From the NCBI GenBank assembly GCA_951406725.2, contig OX597817.1, positions 9,858,001-9,922,000 on the forward strand: a stretch of 64,000 nt of DNA, read 5' to 3'. The stretch comes from Octopus vulgaris. Taxonomy: Eukaryota. The position numbers were made by a program, and so were the translations under genes. The notes under the pieces were generated by a model, which saw only the letters and a list, made by a program, of their open reading frames with translations, did no database searches and had not been told where the DNA came from. Numbering within the stretch: the first letter of the stretch is position 1; the number at the start of each line of letters is the position of its first letter. This document shows positions 1 through 13,951 of the stretch, in pieces.

Positions 1-986
1 AAAGAGGGGGAAGAGGACTTATTGGATGCGAACACAGCATTAGCGCACAAGAAAACAAAATAGTATGGTATGTAAGAAAATGCCACAGAACCGCTATTAG
101 TAGAAGTAAGAAGGTCAGGCTTCACAAGAAATTAAAAACGAATGAAACAGAAAATAGGTGGGCAAAGAATAGAATGCAAGGTTAATTTCATAGGGATGTT
201 GAAGAGAAGACAGACAGAGTAAAAAGATTGTTGTGGAAGACTAAAAGTGATTTAAAACCGGAACTGGAGGCTTTAATCTATGCTGCCCAAGAGCAAGCAC
301 TAAGAACAAACTGCATAAAATACAGAATAGACAGCACATCAGAAAGTGATAAGTGCAGAATCTGTGGACAAAACGGTGAAACCGTACATATTACTTGCCA
401 ATGTATGCCACTAGCCCAGAAGGAATATAAGAGATGTCACGACGATATAGCCAGGCTTGTCCCATTGGGCACTTTGCAACAAGTATGGACTTGACAGACC
501 AAAAGAGTGGTACGACCACAAATCTGAAGTTTTGTCGAAAATAGAAATGCAAAGATCCTATTGGATTTTATGATTCAGTGCGACCATGAGATCGAGAATA
601 GGAAACCGGACATAGTCTTAATTGAGAAAGAAAACAAACTATTCTGGATCATAGATAGAACATGCAGAGCTGACAACAAGGTATGCAATAAGGAAGAAAG
701 AAAAGTCGATAGATATGACAGGTTAGCTTGGGAGATTAAGCAGTTGCAGTCAATGAAAAAGGTAGCAGTAGTACCAATTATTTTCGGAGCCCTGGGAACA
801 GTGAGTAAAAATCTCGAGAAATACGTGGAATAAATAGGGGCAGTAGCACTTGCAGAAAACAGCATTGCTTGGAACCGCTCGAATACTCCAGAAGTTGCTC
901 GAAAAATAAGAGGTGTTACCTAAGTTCACTGGTAGTGAACAGCTGACACTGTAGTACAACTCCAGTGTTAGAAGCTGTGCAAAAGC

Positions 987-1022
<36 letters not shown>
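1..1022 (+). mobile_element. 3' part of R4/Dong-like non-LTR retrotransposon (zinc knuckle + restriction-like endonuclease), frameshifted, (TAA)n tail
   Basis: ORF pieces give AAQEQALRT..CRICGQNGETVHITCQC (CCHC), CHDDIAR (RHD-like), RKPDIVLIEK..IID..K...Y (PD-(D/E)xK), PIIFGALGTV and LQKTALLGTARIL; ends in (aat)n at 987-1022. Confidence 0.9.
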
Positions 1023-1811
1023 TTATGAAGATTATCGAAACTCCCCACGAAGGTAAATGCGCAAGAAGATTTCTAATACAGATTTATTGATACCCTTTAT
1101 TGAAGTGAACAATATTTCGGCAATATATCCGTCTTCCATGGTTTCAAAATGAAAACTACGCAGAGATACAGAAATTCAGAATTGAAATTTGAATATCATG
1201 CGTTGCTTTTTAGACAAGATGACATCATCAACATTCACTTTTCATTACTAATAACAAGGGGAAAAAGAGAAGGCAGTAGGAGAAAATGTTAAAACTCTCA
1301 CCGGACAATATCTCTGTCTTAATCTTAGACTGACTTTCTTCCAAAGCCCTAAGAATTTTGACAAAGATAAACCAGCTCAAGGATTCTGTCAGTTTGTCCG
1401 CTGTCACAAGCTTAAAGACTTTTTTTTCCTTTTGAAAAATATGGTAACGTGTTTACCATGTTTGTTCAAAATGATGACGACAGTGACGACGACCGTGGCG
1501 ACGATGACACGGCGACGACAACACGGCGACGACGACACGGCGACGACGACAAGGCGACGTCGACAGGGCGACGATGACAACGATGATGATGATTACGATG
1601 ATGATGATTACGATGATGACGACGACGATGATGTTTGAATCAGGCATAACTGGATTGAAAAAATCGAAATTTGTATCCGGCTTAAGTTCAGGAAGAACGC
1701 ACAGAAGAAGCGCTGCGAGAATTTTATGAACTTTGCCGGTATCAGAAAGTCTTATAACTTTAACCCTAAACCTTTCCTAGAATAAGCTCACAAACTCCCA
1801 CTGCAATGTCT

Positions 1812-2128
1812 CTTAGTCATCTAGTTAACTATGATTCTATTGTTATTAAAATGGTAGTTAAGGTGGGGGTGCTATCGTAATTATGGACTGGGATGAGTAT
1901 ATTTCAGCTTGTGAAGAAATTTTAACTGACAAAACCTCTCATGCAGAATTACCTATAGATCTAAGCCCCAACTACAAAGAGGAACTAGTTAAAATAATTT
2001 GGAAAATGGAAGAAAACAATTTCATAAATGGCACTGAATTTTGTTGGTCAGAACAAAGAACACCTGTATTTTATGACCTTCCATAAATACACAAAAATTC
2101 GAAAACTTTACTCCATTTCGCCCAATTT
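1812..2128 (+). mobile_element. Penelope-like element (PLE) reverse-transcriptase N-terminal fragment, disrupted
   Basis: Manual translation SIVIK / GGAIVIMDWDEYISACEEILTD...TPVFYDLP*IHK / PFRPI resembles the PLE RT motif IVIKPADKGGAxVxMD..Y...FYxLPKIHK...PxRPI. Confidence 0.75.
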
Positions 2129-2806
2129 AAACGGGCAAGGACCCCTATAACACTTCCAGGTTAGCGATTCCCGGAAATTATCCATGAGTCCCGACCCTGA
2201 TGATGCTGACATCGTCCGCATATGCCTACACAACCCTTCGACATCCTAAACATTGCCTAGAGGCTCTAGACATTGTACACTGAAGACACGAGAGGGACAA
2301 GCTTAACGGACCGAACGCCGGATACTGAACGGTCGCATAAGTGGCAATTCACACAAACCACAAAGCAAATGTAGCTATACATTGTAGCAATCGAACCGCG
2401 GAAGTATTGGAGGCGGGGGTTAACGCCATTAAAAGCTTTTGCCTGATATAACTTGATCAAAGGCCCACATTCTACAGTATGTATCGCATGATGTAACGCA
2501 TGTGAATCGATCTGTTGAGGAAACCGGATGTTTACATATAACCTGTTTGACCATCTTTGCTAACAATTAATCAGAATTTACAATATATGCTTAATAGTTA
2601 TAGGCCGAAAATCATTGTGATCACCCTTGTTTGAGTTCATTCTCAGCAACGCTTCCACTTGTCGACTCACAGAACTGAGAATTCTACCATTCTACTGCTA
2701 GTTGGGGGTAATTATCTGCCAAGCAGCATCAAAATACATCTCCATTTACTGCTGTGCAATCAACCACCACTTCCTGTTATGAGCTTTTCACAACAAATGC
2801 CTAAGT

Positions 2807-4640
2807 AAAACAATCAGCTATCTTTTGTATATAGATCTCAAACTCTATGCCGTAAACGATAAACAAATACAAACACTAGTGAAGACAATATGTAGGCTGA
2901 CTACAGATATTCATTTGTGATTCGGGCTAGAGAATGAGCCAAAGCAACTTTGACGAGAAGAAAAGTAATTAAACACGCAAATGTCATCTCTCTCTATATA
3001 AACGGCAGTTTGTCTGTGTGTCTGTTAGGTTGTACCCTCACCCTGACCACGGCTTTCAACCGATTCTGATGAAACTTGACACACACATAGCCCAATGTCA
3101 TAATTCAAAACTAACGCAGCGAAAATTTTGAAAAGTTCCCCCAGTTCTGAAAAAAATCGATAAATTCGACATGGGGTCGAGAATCAGAAACACAAACCGT
3201 CTAGGGGACGCAACTCCACCTTTTTTTACTCTCAAAAAAAATTTACCATAATTTTTTTCCATTTTTTGGCTATAACTCTCTAAAAATGCTTTATAGTTAT
3301 TTCCCTTACAAACCTGAGCAACGCCGGGCGATACTGCTAGTATTAGATAAGGGGAAAAGAGAATTAGACAGACCAAACACAAATACTCAGAATCATGAGA
3401 TTAATACTTAAAAAACAGGGTTAATGCAAAATAAATAAATAAATAAATAAATAAGCACCAATAATTTAGCTGTTCAAGTAATAAGTTATAGCTATGGTAT
3501 TCTCATTTGGATGTTAAACCAACTAGCACAACCAGACAGGGAAACAAGGAAAATAATGGCTGATTCCATGACTGCTTCGCAAATATGACGTAGAAATATT
3601 AAATTTACCATGAATATAGACTGTGAGCAGGCTTATGCAGTAGAAAACTATAAAATATTCATTCACTCTACGATATAAAAATATCTAGAAAATAATAATG
3701 ATATATATTAATACAAATAGCTCTGGAACACGAAGAAAACGAATAAAGCGCTTACTGTCTTCAAGGAAGCCAACAAATATAAAACAGAAACTGAAATGAC
3801 AGCAGGTGTAAAGGAAAAGGAGAAACAGCTACAATCTCGTTAAAAATGGTTCTGAAACAACGACAGAGACGAGTTTTGCAAGTATTGTCTCGACATGGTT
3901 AAAACCCGATAGAGCAGAACAAGATGGAAATAGGTAAAGAAAATGCATGTTAGAGGCTGAGAAGCGCACGACTCAGAAATGGGACAAAAGAAATCTTCAT
4001 TGTGGCAGAAGATTAAAACCTCACAAACAGAAACCCAACAAAAGCATATTACGAAGCAGACTGGAGTAACTGCAGAATATGAGAAAGTGAGGAAGAAACA
4101 CATAAGAACATTGTTGGCTGCTGCCCGGTCATTAGCAAGAAAAAAATATATTCACACGCAAAACAGTGATGGAACTTAGATACACAGGAAGTTAGCCAGC
4201 AGACAAAGCAATCATATTATACAACATGGCAATCTACACAGAGAGATCAAAACTGACCAAATTAACCAGAACTGACCAATAAATGAGCAGATATTTTTGT
4301 GAAGTACCGCCATTAAATAAAGCACCTACTAATCAACTACAAAAATCGAATTATCCAGATATACGCATGCAGAAGTAAAAATGGTACCCATAATGATAAG
4401 AAACTTGGGAACGATGAAAAATATAAAAAATATGAAAAGCAAAGCGATAATTCATACTCTGACAGAAGGTACAATCGAATTAAATCATACTTCAGTAGCT
4501 GACTTATATATATTTTAGTGACTCTGAAAAATTGACTTCGCAAGGACAAGATATATATTCGGCAGTCTACCAAGTTTATAACCCACAGCCTCTTCTCAGT
4601 GATAATTCCAAAAACTTGGAGGAGAGTGCTTAGACTGTTG
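2807..4640 (+). mobile_element. Highly decayed R4/Dong-like LINE (RT core, thumb, zinc knuckle), interrupted by a Helitron
   Basis: From 2807: KTISYLLYIDLKLYAVND..DIHL*FGLE (cf. ISHLLYMDDLKLYA..DIGMEFGLDKC). From ~3455: NNLAVQVISYSYGILIW..DRETRKIM, then degenerate CR..ET..IVGC..LA..Y remnants near 4060-4200. Confidence 0.75.
2987..3340 (+). mobile_element. Non-autonomous Helitron (copy 1)
   Basis: Starts 5'-TC and ends in GC-rich subterminal gagcaacgccgggcgatactg + CTAG-3'; sits between host A and T with no TSD; closely similar to 21762-22144. Confidence 0.85.
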
Positions 4641-4753
4641 AATCGATGTACTTCAATAGTACTACATTTTGTCGACTACAAAAAGGAGAAAAGGGAAGAT
4701 TAACCTGACATGATCTCGATAACGAAGTTAATACCGACTACTTACATGAAACT

Positions 4754-4762
<9 letters not shown>

Positions 4763-4832
<70 letters not shown>

Positions 4833-4905
4833 GTATATATATATGTATATATATGTATATATATGTATATATATATGTATATATATATATGTATATATAT
4901 ATATG

Positions 4906-4961
<56 letters not shown>

Positions 4962-5038
4962 GTATATATATGTATATATATGTATATATATGTATATATA
5001 TATATATATGTATATATATGTATATATATATATGTATA

Positions 5039-5107
<69 letters not shown>

Positions 5108-5123
5108 GTACATACATACATAC
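4763..5123. repeat. (TA)n/(TATG) compound microsatellite
   Basis: Direct inspection. Confidence 0.95.
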
Positions 5124-5405
5124 AAATTTAGAGACTTCAAGAAATGTGAACTAATTCGATTTTAATGAAAGAATAAAATCGTTGATAAAATTATAAATAT
5201 AAAAAACAGTGCACTAAGTGCAAAACAACATGTAGTAAACGAACATAAAGAAAAAAAAAGTTCGCCGACAGACGAAATATTTGCACACTATTATTATAAA
5301 TAATAGTGTGTAAATCTATGGTTAAAAACTCTGTGGATCACGATATTATCTATAGTTGTATCTATGGTTTCAAGCGTTCAAAAATGATTATATGTATAGG
5401 TATAG

Positions 5406-5502
<97 letters not shown>

Positions 5503-5503
5503 C

Positions 5504-5563
<60 letters not shown>

Positions 5564-5678
5564 GTGTGTGTGTGTGTGTGTGTATTAAATATTGAGATAT
5601 ACTATTGATAATCCAATACTTTATTTATATTACAATATTTCATTAAATACAATGAATATAATATAATATAACATAATA

Positions 5679-5740
5679 TTATGTAACATAAATAATTATA
5701 AAAACCTTTATGTAACATAAATAATTATAAAAACCTTTAT
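5679..5740. repeat. 29-bp perfect tandem duplication
   Basis: ttatgtaacataaataattataaaaacct x2. Confidence 0.9.
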
Positions 5741-5941
5741 CGTTCAACTTTTATATAATTTTTCTGATATACATAATAACAGTTCCATTATATATAAAGT
5801 CACTTCAGGATCATGGTTTAGAAGAAGACGAAATTCTGTGTGAAAAGAGGGCTGGATTGTAAAAACTAATTCAAATGTCTATGTATTATGAGCGTGAGCA
5901 TTAACTACTTAATCATAATCCAATTATAATTAAAAAGTAAC

Positions 5942-6546
5942 AAAATCGAATACTGCTGCCCACTGTGGTCTCCCCATACAAGACAAAACATCTCGAGGAT
6001 TGAATCACCCCAGAGGGCACTCACTAAACGAATTGAAGGCATGGCTGCTCTCGATTATTGGGATCGCCTTAAAGCCTTGAAACTTTACTCTCTCCAGCGT
6101 CGCCGTGAGCAGTACATCATTTGTACGATGTGGAGAATATACCGCCAACTTTGCCCAAACGACCTGAACATTAGCTTCAAGGTTCATCCAAGACTGGGAC
6201 CACGGGCCATACGTCTCCTGCCCAATTCAAGATCACAGCATACATGCACACTGCAACATAATTTATTTTACTCAACAGACCCTGCCCTATTTAACATTGT
6301 CCCGAAAGAGATCAAAGAGGAAAAGGATCCCATCAACTTTAAACGGAGTCTGGATAGATTCCTTCAAAAAATACCAGATAAGCCACCCATAATTGGATAC
6401 AACTCACCCAACGAAAACTCACTACTTGAATGGACCATAAACAAAACTTGACTTAAACAGGATTCAAATAATCCTATCAGGTGGTGCTATTAAGTTAGAC
6501 ATAGCCTGGACCAATCTTTGGTTGAAACATATCTAAGTTTATCTAA
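5942..6546 (+). mobile_element. CR1-group LINE 3' end (ORF2 C-terminus + 3'UTR)
   Basis: IEYCCPLWSP..QRALTKRIEGM..LDYWDRLKALKLYSLQRRRE..LFNIVPKEI..FKRSLDRFL; second copy on minus strand at 57869-58205. Confidence 0.85.
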
Positions 6547-6968
6547 CGAATGATACAATCAAGTAAGTGCAATCCACAACCATGGAAATTCACTTCATTA
6601 CATCTCAAACAGTTACCAGTTGCAATGTCCATACATAGTCGCTTGTCACCACAACATACAACATAAGATATATAATTAAGTAGCTTAGTCTTCTCCTACA
6701 TATAACTGCAACAAAAATATATATAAACAATTACATCGTCAATACAACAACTCTTTTGTTTATTTAAATTAATTTGTATAAAAAGATTATTTTTAAAATT
6801 AAGTAATAATAATCTTCTATATATATTATTTTTGCGGAGGGGTAATTCCGTAGTAGATATGAATAGAAACTTAATGAAAACTTTTTTCTTTGGTTAATTT
6901 ATCGTAGGGAGAATTCCGTAAGAAGTGTTAACAAAGACTTAAGACTGTAAATGTGATAACCAAAATAG

Positions 6969-7002
<34 letters not shown>

Positions 7003-7981
7003 AACCAGCTTAGAGAAGAAGAAACGAAACGAAACGAATCGAATCGAATCGACGCGAGGGCGCTCAGTCATACAATAGTGTAATAAATAAAATATATGCA
7101 TACATACAAACATATATGTACGTACCTACATCTACATGTATATATACATGCATATATGAATATATATACGTGTGTACAGGACACCACAAATAGACGTAGA
7201 ACTCAACGAGAAACGAAAAAGTAAAAACAGCATGGAACGGACCGTTTTTTAACAACGAAAAAACAGAGTACAAGACAACTACACAAGGAAAAATCCCCTT
7301 CATCAGCCGTCCCTAGTTCAACTCCAGCGTGATGTATATATATATACATATATATAAATGTATATATACATATATAAATCTTAGGCCATAGTAATGGAAA
7401 TCAAGTTTACAAATTTTTTAGGGATAACCAGATTTGAAGCTACTTAAATAATGGTTGTTATTCGTACATTATGGAAGGGAGAATTTAGTGAATCGACAGA
7501 AATCATTAATACAAACCAAACAAGCAGCCATATATGTCTCTCTGCGTAAGTGTGTGTGTATGTATGTATACATACATGTGTATGTTTGTGTGTGTGTGTG
7601 ATACACATACGCACGCGAAACAGCTGTAGGGCAGAATTAAATTATGAATCACTCGCTTTTTACATGTTCCTTATTCTATGTACATATATATATATATATA
7701 CATATAAATTTGTGTGTGTGCGTGTGCGTGAGTGTACTCGCGTGTGATACTTTCATCCGGATAGTGTTGAAAGAAATTCATTTCAAAGTCGATTTTAGCA
7801 CCTCATTCGGAAGAAAAATAAAGAGGTGGGAAAGAACTACTCCCACCATGCCAGGAGTCAAATTATACTGAAACTTCTACCATCTCCGGCACCTACAAAG
7901 ATAAGAAGAAAGTCAAACCTATAAAACTTTGTAATTATATACTTCATTTTTGAAATACTTTTTACAAATTTCAGTTATACA

Positions 7982-8403
7982 GGCGCAGGAGTGGCTGTGT
8001 GGTAAGTAGCTTGTTTACCAACCACATGGTTCCGGGTTCAGTCCCACTGCGTGGCACCTTGGGCAAATGTCTTCTACTATAGCCTCGGGCCGACCAAAGT
8101 CTTGTGAGTGGATTTGGTAGACGGAAACTGAAAAGAAGCCCGTCGTATATATGTATATATATATGTGTGTATATGCGTGTGTGTGTTTGTGTGTCTGTGT
8201 TTGTCCCCCTAGCATTGCTTGACAACCGATGCTGGTGTGTTTATGTCCCCGTTACTTAACGGTTCGGCAAAAGAGACCGATAGAATAAGTACTGGGCTTA
8301 CAAAAGAATAAGTCCCGGGGTCGAGTTGCTCGATTAAAAGGCGGTGCTCCAGCATGGCCGCAGTCAAATGACTGAAACAAATAAAAGAGTAAAGAGTAAA
8401 GAG
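7982..8403 (+). mobile_element. SINE family A (tRNA-like head, internal TA/TG microsatellite, (gagtaaa)n tail), full length
   Basis: A-box-like tggctgtgtgg, B-box-like gggttcagtcc, and ccttgggcaa motif reminiscent of the CORE domain; about 10 copies in the window. Confidence 0.9.
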
Positions 8404-8704
8404 AGAGAGAGATGCATGCATTGCTGCATGGTTAACACAATTGCTTTGCAACCTCGTGGTTACCGACACGCAGCTACTCGGTGGTATGCTGCATAAGTAT
8501 TTTCTAATACAGCCTTTGATCAATTAATGCCTTGTGGGTGGAACTGCGTGTATCTATGCGCTCCTCTGTATTTCTGACGTTTCTCATTATGTCCCGAAAT
8601 GTGGCAGCTCGTCGTAGAGTTGACGATAAAATAATAAACCAAAGTGGAAAAAATAGACTTGGCGCAATATGACTGACCAAAAGTCTAACATTGGTGTATG
8701 TCTG

Positions 8705-8738
<34 letters not shown>

Positions 8739-8739
8739 G

Positions 8740-8789
<50 letters not shown>

Positions 8790-8808
8790 ATATATATATA
8801 TATATATG

Positions 8809-8854
<46 letters not shown>

Positions 8855-8929
8855 AATCTATATCTATAGACACACGCATATTTACTTTTACATATACACA
8901 CGCGCACAGACACACAGACACAGACACAG

Positions 8930-9020
<91 letters not shown>

Positions 9021-9107
9021 TAGATACGTTTCGATCAAAAATTGGCCCAGGCCATGTCTAACTTAATACCAGGACCTGATAGGTTTTGTTAAATCCTTTC
9101 ATATATA

Positions 9108-9142
<35 letters not shown>

Positions 9143-9143
<1 letters not shown>

Positions 9144-9340
9144 CTCTTCTTGTTTCAGTCATTTGACTGTGGCCATGCTGGAGCACCACCTTTAGTTGAG
9201 AAAATCGACCCCAGGAATTATTTTTAAAGCTTAGTACTTATTCTATCGGGCTCTTTTGCCGAACAACTAAGTTACATGGACGTAAACACACCAGCATCGG
9301 TTGTCAAGTCATGTTGGGGTAAAAAACAGTCACACAAACA
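9143..9340 (-). mobile_element. SINE family A, 3' half
   Basis: Reverse complement of ~8190-8390. Confidence 0.85.
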
Positions 9341-9372
9341 TATACACACACATACATACATACTTACATATG

Positions 9373-9926
9373 CATGCATGCATGCATGCATGCATGCATG
9401 CATGCATGCATACATACATACATACATACATACATACATACATACATACATACATACATACATACATACATACATACATACATACATACATACATACATA
9501 CATACATACATACATACATACATACATACATACATACATACATACATACATACATACATACATACATACATACATACATACATACATACATACATACATA
9601 CATACATACATACATACATACATACATACATACATACATACATACATACATACATACATACATACATACATACATACATACATACATACATACATACATA
9701 CATACATACATACATACATACATACATACATACATACATACATACATACATACATACATACATACATACATACATACATACATACATACATACATACATA
9801 CATACATACATACATACATACATACATACATACATACATACATACATACATACATACATACATACATACATACATACATACATACATACATACATACATA
9901 CATACATACATACATACATACATACA
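9373..9926. repeat. (CATG)n followed by ~520 bp perfect (CATA)n
   Basis: Direct inspection. Confidence 0.95.
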
Positions 9927-10036
9927 ATGAAGCCGAAACGATTGTTGTGCTAATAAATGCTTCTTGTTACAAATCGTTTTTCATGTTAAACTTTTAGTGT
10001 GTGTGTGTGTATACGGACATGCATACATACATAAGT

Positions 10037-10395
10037 TTGTTAGCTTCTTTCAATCATTAGGTTGTGATCATGCAGGGGCACCTATTTGAAGGACTACATT
10101 GACCAAATAGTCGCCTGGTGCCTGTGCTGTCGCACCCTTTTGCTGAACCGCCTAATCCTTTGGACGTAAGCAAACCATCACCGCTAACCAAATGTTGGCT
10201 GTGTAGATAAACACAAAGACATACACATATCTGCATGACGGGCTTCTATCTGTTTCTGCCTACCAAATCAACTTATCAAACATGGTCGGTCTAGTGCTAT
10301 AAGTAGAAGACACTCAAACTGCTGCGCACCAGGGTTGAAACCGAAACCATGTGGTTGGGAAGCATTCTTCTTACCACACACCCACAACCGCGCCT
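10037..10395 (-). mobile_element. SINE family A, diverged near-full copy
   Basis: Colinear similarity to the reverse complement of 7982-8403, ending cgcgcct. Confidence 0.75.
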
Positions 10396-10530
10396 GATCT
10401 CTGTCCTTAATACATGAAATGTTGACTATATTTTCAGCACTTTGCAGAATGCAGTATTCAGCACACGCATATATAATTCACACACGCACGCACGCACGCA
10501 CACACACACACAAAACATATATATATATAT

Positions 10531-10767
10531 ATTTCCTTACTACCCACAAGGGACTAAACGCAGAGGGGACAAACAAGGACAGACAAAGGGATTAAGTCGA
10601 TTACATCGACCCCAGTGCGTAACTGGTACTTAATTTATCGACCCCGAAAGGATGAAAGGTAACTCTGGAGGTGGCGTGGGTCGGCGGAATTTGAACTCGG
10701 AACGTAACGACAGACGAAATACGGCTACGCATTTCGACCGGCGTGCTAACGTTTCTGCCAGCTCGCC
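10531..10767 (-). mobile_element. SINE family B, long-tail subtype
   Basis: Minus-strand head ggcgagctggcagaaacgttagc..gagttcaaattcc, central ctttcatcctttcggggtcgataaa; matches 41613-41843. Confidence 0.85.
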
Positions 10768-10781
10768 GGTACATATATATA

Positions 10782-10816
<35 letters not shown>

Positions 10817-10821
10817 ATATA

Positions 10822-10857
<36 letters not shown>

Positions 10858-10866
10858 ATGCGAAAT

Positions 10867-11179
10867 GGAGGCGCAATGGTCCAGTGGTTAGGGCAGCGGA
10901 CTCGTAGTCGTAGGATCGCGGTTTCGATTCCCAGACCAGGCGTTGTGAGTGTTTATTGAGCGAAAATACCTAAGGCCCCACGAGGCTCCGGCAGAGGGTG
11001 GTGGCAATCCCTGCTGTACTCTTTCGCCACAATTTCTCTCACTCTTTCTTCTGTTGGCTTGCTCGCTTAGCCAGCGGGGTGCCGTCATTTGAAGGCTAAA
11101 ACAATGCAAAGCGCATTGTGACCAGCGATGTGTAGCAACATCTGATAGCCTGGTCGGTCACGGTGATCACAGTGATCAC
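10867..11179 (+). mobile_element. SINE family C (tRNA-like head), tail type 1
   Basis: ggaggcgcaatggtccagtggttagg..ggtttcgattccc A/B boxes; head shared with 34287-34671, tail shared with 25615-25745. Confidence 0.85.
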
Positions 11180-11628
11180 ATACATATTTACACGTGTGTA
11201 TGCGCGTGTGTGAATGTGTGTGGATTAATTAATCAACTAGTGGTGTAACCTCTGTTGTTAAATGATTAATTATTGCGTTGGTGTTTCAATTAGAACTTGA
11301 TCTTCCAATGCAGCCATTAAGAAGAAAATTAACAATTATTTTCTTAAAAATCTACAATTACTTCCGCTTCATTACCTCATCACACTTGTACCTTCTGCTT
11401 CAGCTCTTTGATAACGGATTCTCTACGTAATCATTCGTCTTGCTAGAAGTATCAAGTAAATTTTGCCCTAATCAAATCCCACAGTCTTGAGAAATAAACG
11501 AACACATTGGATAATTAAAGTTTACATGTCGCCTAAACTAACGAGATGGTTACGGCTGAAACATCTCTTATCTTGGGTCTGTTCCATCAAAGTTTACCTG
11601 GTGCTAAATAATAATAATAATGATGATG

Positions 11629-11699
<71 letters not shown>

Positions 11700-11704
11700 A
11701 TTAT

Positions 11705-11858
11705 TGATGCATGTGCCTGGTGTACCCTTATCAGACGGGTAGTCATGATGGGTATATTGGGCTTCGTATATTTTACCCCAGTGTCACTTTGATGGCATGA
11801 ACTGCTCTCTCACTCAATAATAATAATAATGATAATAATAATAATAATAATAATAATG

Positions 11859-11892
<34 letters not shown>

Positions 11893-11918
11893 TAATAATA
11901 ATAATAATAATAATAATA
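11705..11918 (+). mobile_element. Short retroposon 3'-end-like segment embedded in (TAA)n
   Basis: ~110 bp unique sequence flanked by (aat/gat)n and ending ctcactc(aat)n; Dong-like 3'UTR assignment is inference. Confidence 0.4.
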
Positions 11919-12099
11919 GTAATCCTAACAACAATTGTTACAATTACTGTTTTTCCTAATCTCGGTGATGTGAGCTTTGTTTCTCGTACTTCTGCGACAG
12001 TTCATTTCCACGACTACAGTTAAAAACACGAGGAAGATGTCAGGCCTCTTACGACTTCTATCAGTGACTCGTAAACAGTTCTAAACGGTTGAGATGGTG

Positions 12100-12469
12100 C
12101 AGGTGATGGGAGATGGTGCAGGTAACTCTGGAGGTGGTGGTGGTGGGTTTGTTGATAATGATGATGGTGACGGTGGTGGTGGTGGTGGTGATAGCGGAGT
12201 TTGGTTATTGTCGCCGCTTTTATTGTGGTAGTAGGTGAAGAGTAATAGAGTAGGGAGATGATGACTGTGGTAGAAGAGGTGGTGTAGATGTAGTAGCAGT
12301 AATAGTTTACATGGTAGTAGTAGTAGTAGTAGTAGTAGTTGTAGTTGTGGTGGTGGTGGTGGTGGTTGTAGTGGTGGTTGTAGTGGTGGTGGTGGTGGCG
12401 GCGGTGGCCGTGGTGGTATCAGAAGCAGCAGCAGTAGTAGTAGTAGTAGTAGCATTGTTAGTAGTATTT

Positions 12470-12520
<51 letters not shown>

Positions 12521-12850
12521 GTAGTTATTGATGCGTTGCTGGCGGAGACGGAGACACTATCGGTTGTTAATGGCACCCGTGTGCTGCTAGTGATGCAGCT
12601 AGCAGTAGCAGCAGCATCTGCAGAAGTAGTAGTAGTAGTAGTAATAGTAGTAGTAGTTGTAGTGGTAGTAGTAGTAGCAGCAGCAGCAGCAGCAGCAGTA
12701 GTAGCACTAGCATTATAATCATCTGTAGCAGAGGTGGAGGTGCTGGGTGGTGTTGAAGCTGCCACTGCTGCTGGTGATGGCAGTGGTGGTGATAGTGGTG
12801 TCGGTGATGACATCAGCAGCAGCAGCAGCGGCAGCAGCAGCAGTAGCAGC

Positions 12851-12898
<48 letters not shown>

Positions 12899-12900
12899 GG
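12100..12900. repeat. Compound triplet repeats (GGT/GTA/GCA)
   Basis: Direct inspection; explains the poly-V/T/P ORFs. Confidence 0.9.
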
Positions 12901-13127
12901 TTGCAGATAGGATTGTTATTTGACTAACGTAAGACTGCTTTCGTTAATGTCACTAGGTATATAAAATCCCGTTTCCCAGCAGTTTTGCGGATAGCGATGG
13001 TCGTTGATTTAGGCAGGTGAAAAGAGGGAGGGGGGTAGGGAGGGAGGGAGGGAGTGAGGAGGGTAAGAGGGAGGGGTGGAGGGAGGGGGTGGAAGAGAAA
13101 GAACGAAAAGGGATAAACGAAAACATC

Positions 13128-13162
<35 letters not shown>

Positions 13163-13240
13163 AAATAAGTAGATATAAAAAAAAACAAAGGAAAAACAGA
13201 AAATGGGTGGGAGAGTGGGGAAGCCATAAAGTAAAAAACA

Positions 13241-13275
<35 letters not shown>

Positions 13276-13384
13276 TAAATAAATAAATAAATAAATAAAT
13301 AGATAGATAGATAAATAAACAATATGCTATGTAATTTCAGAAACATCATTCCAAAGCATTCTCTCCCTACCCTCCTCTCTTGAT

Positions 13385-13951
<567 letters not shown>

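Noticed and set aside
12958-13092. TATA box plus G-rich tract as a promoter
   Set aside because: TATA-to-Inr spacing is short (~23 nt) and such motifs are common in this composition
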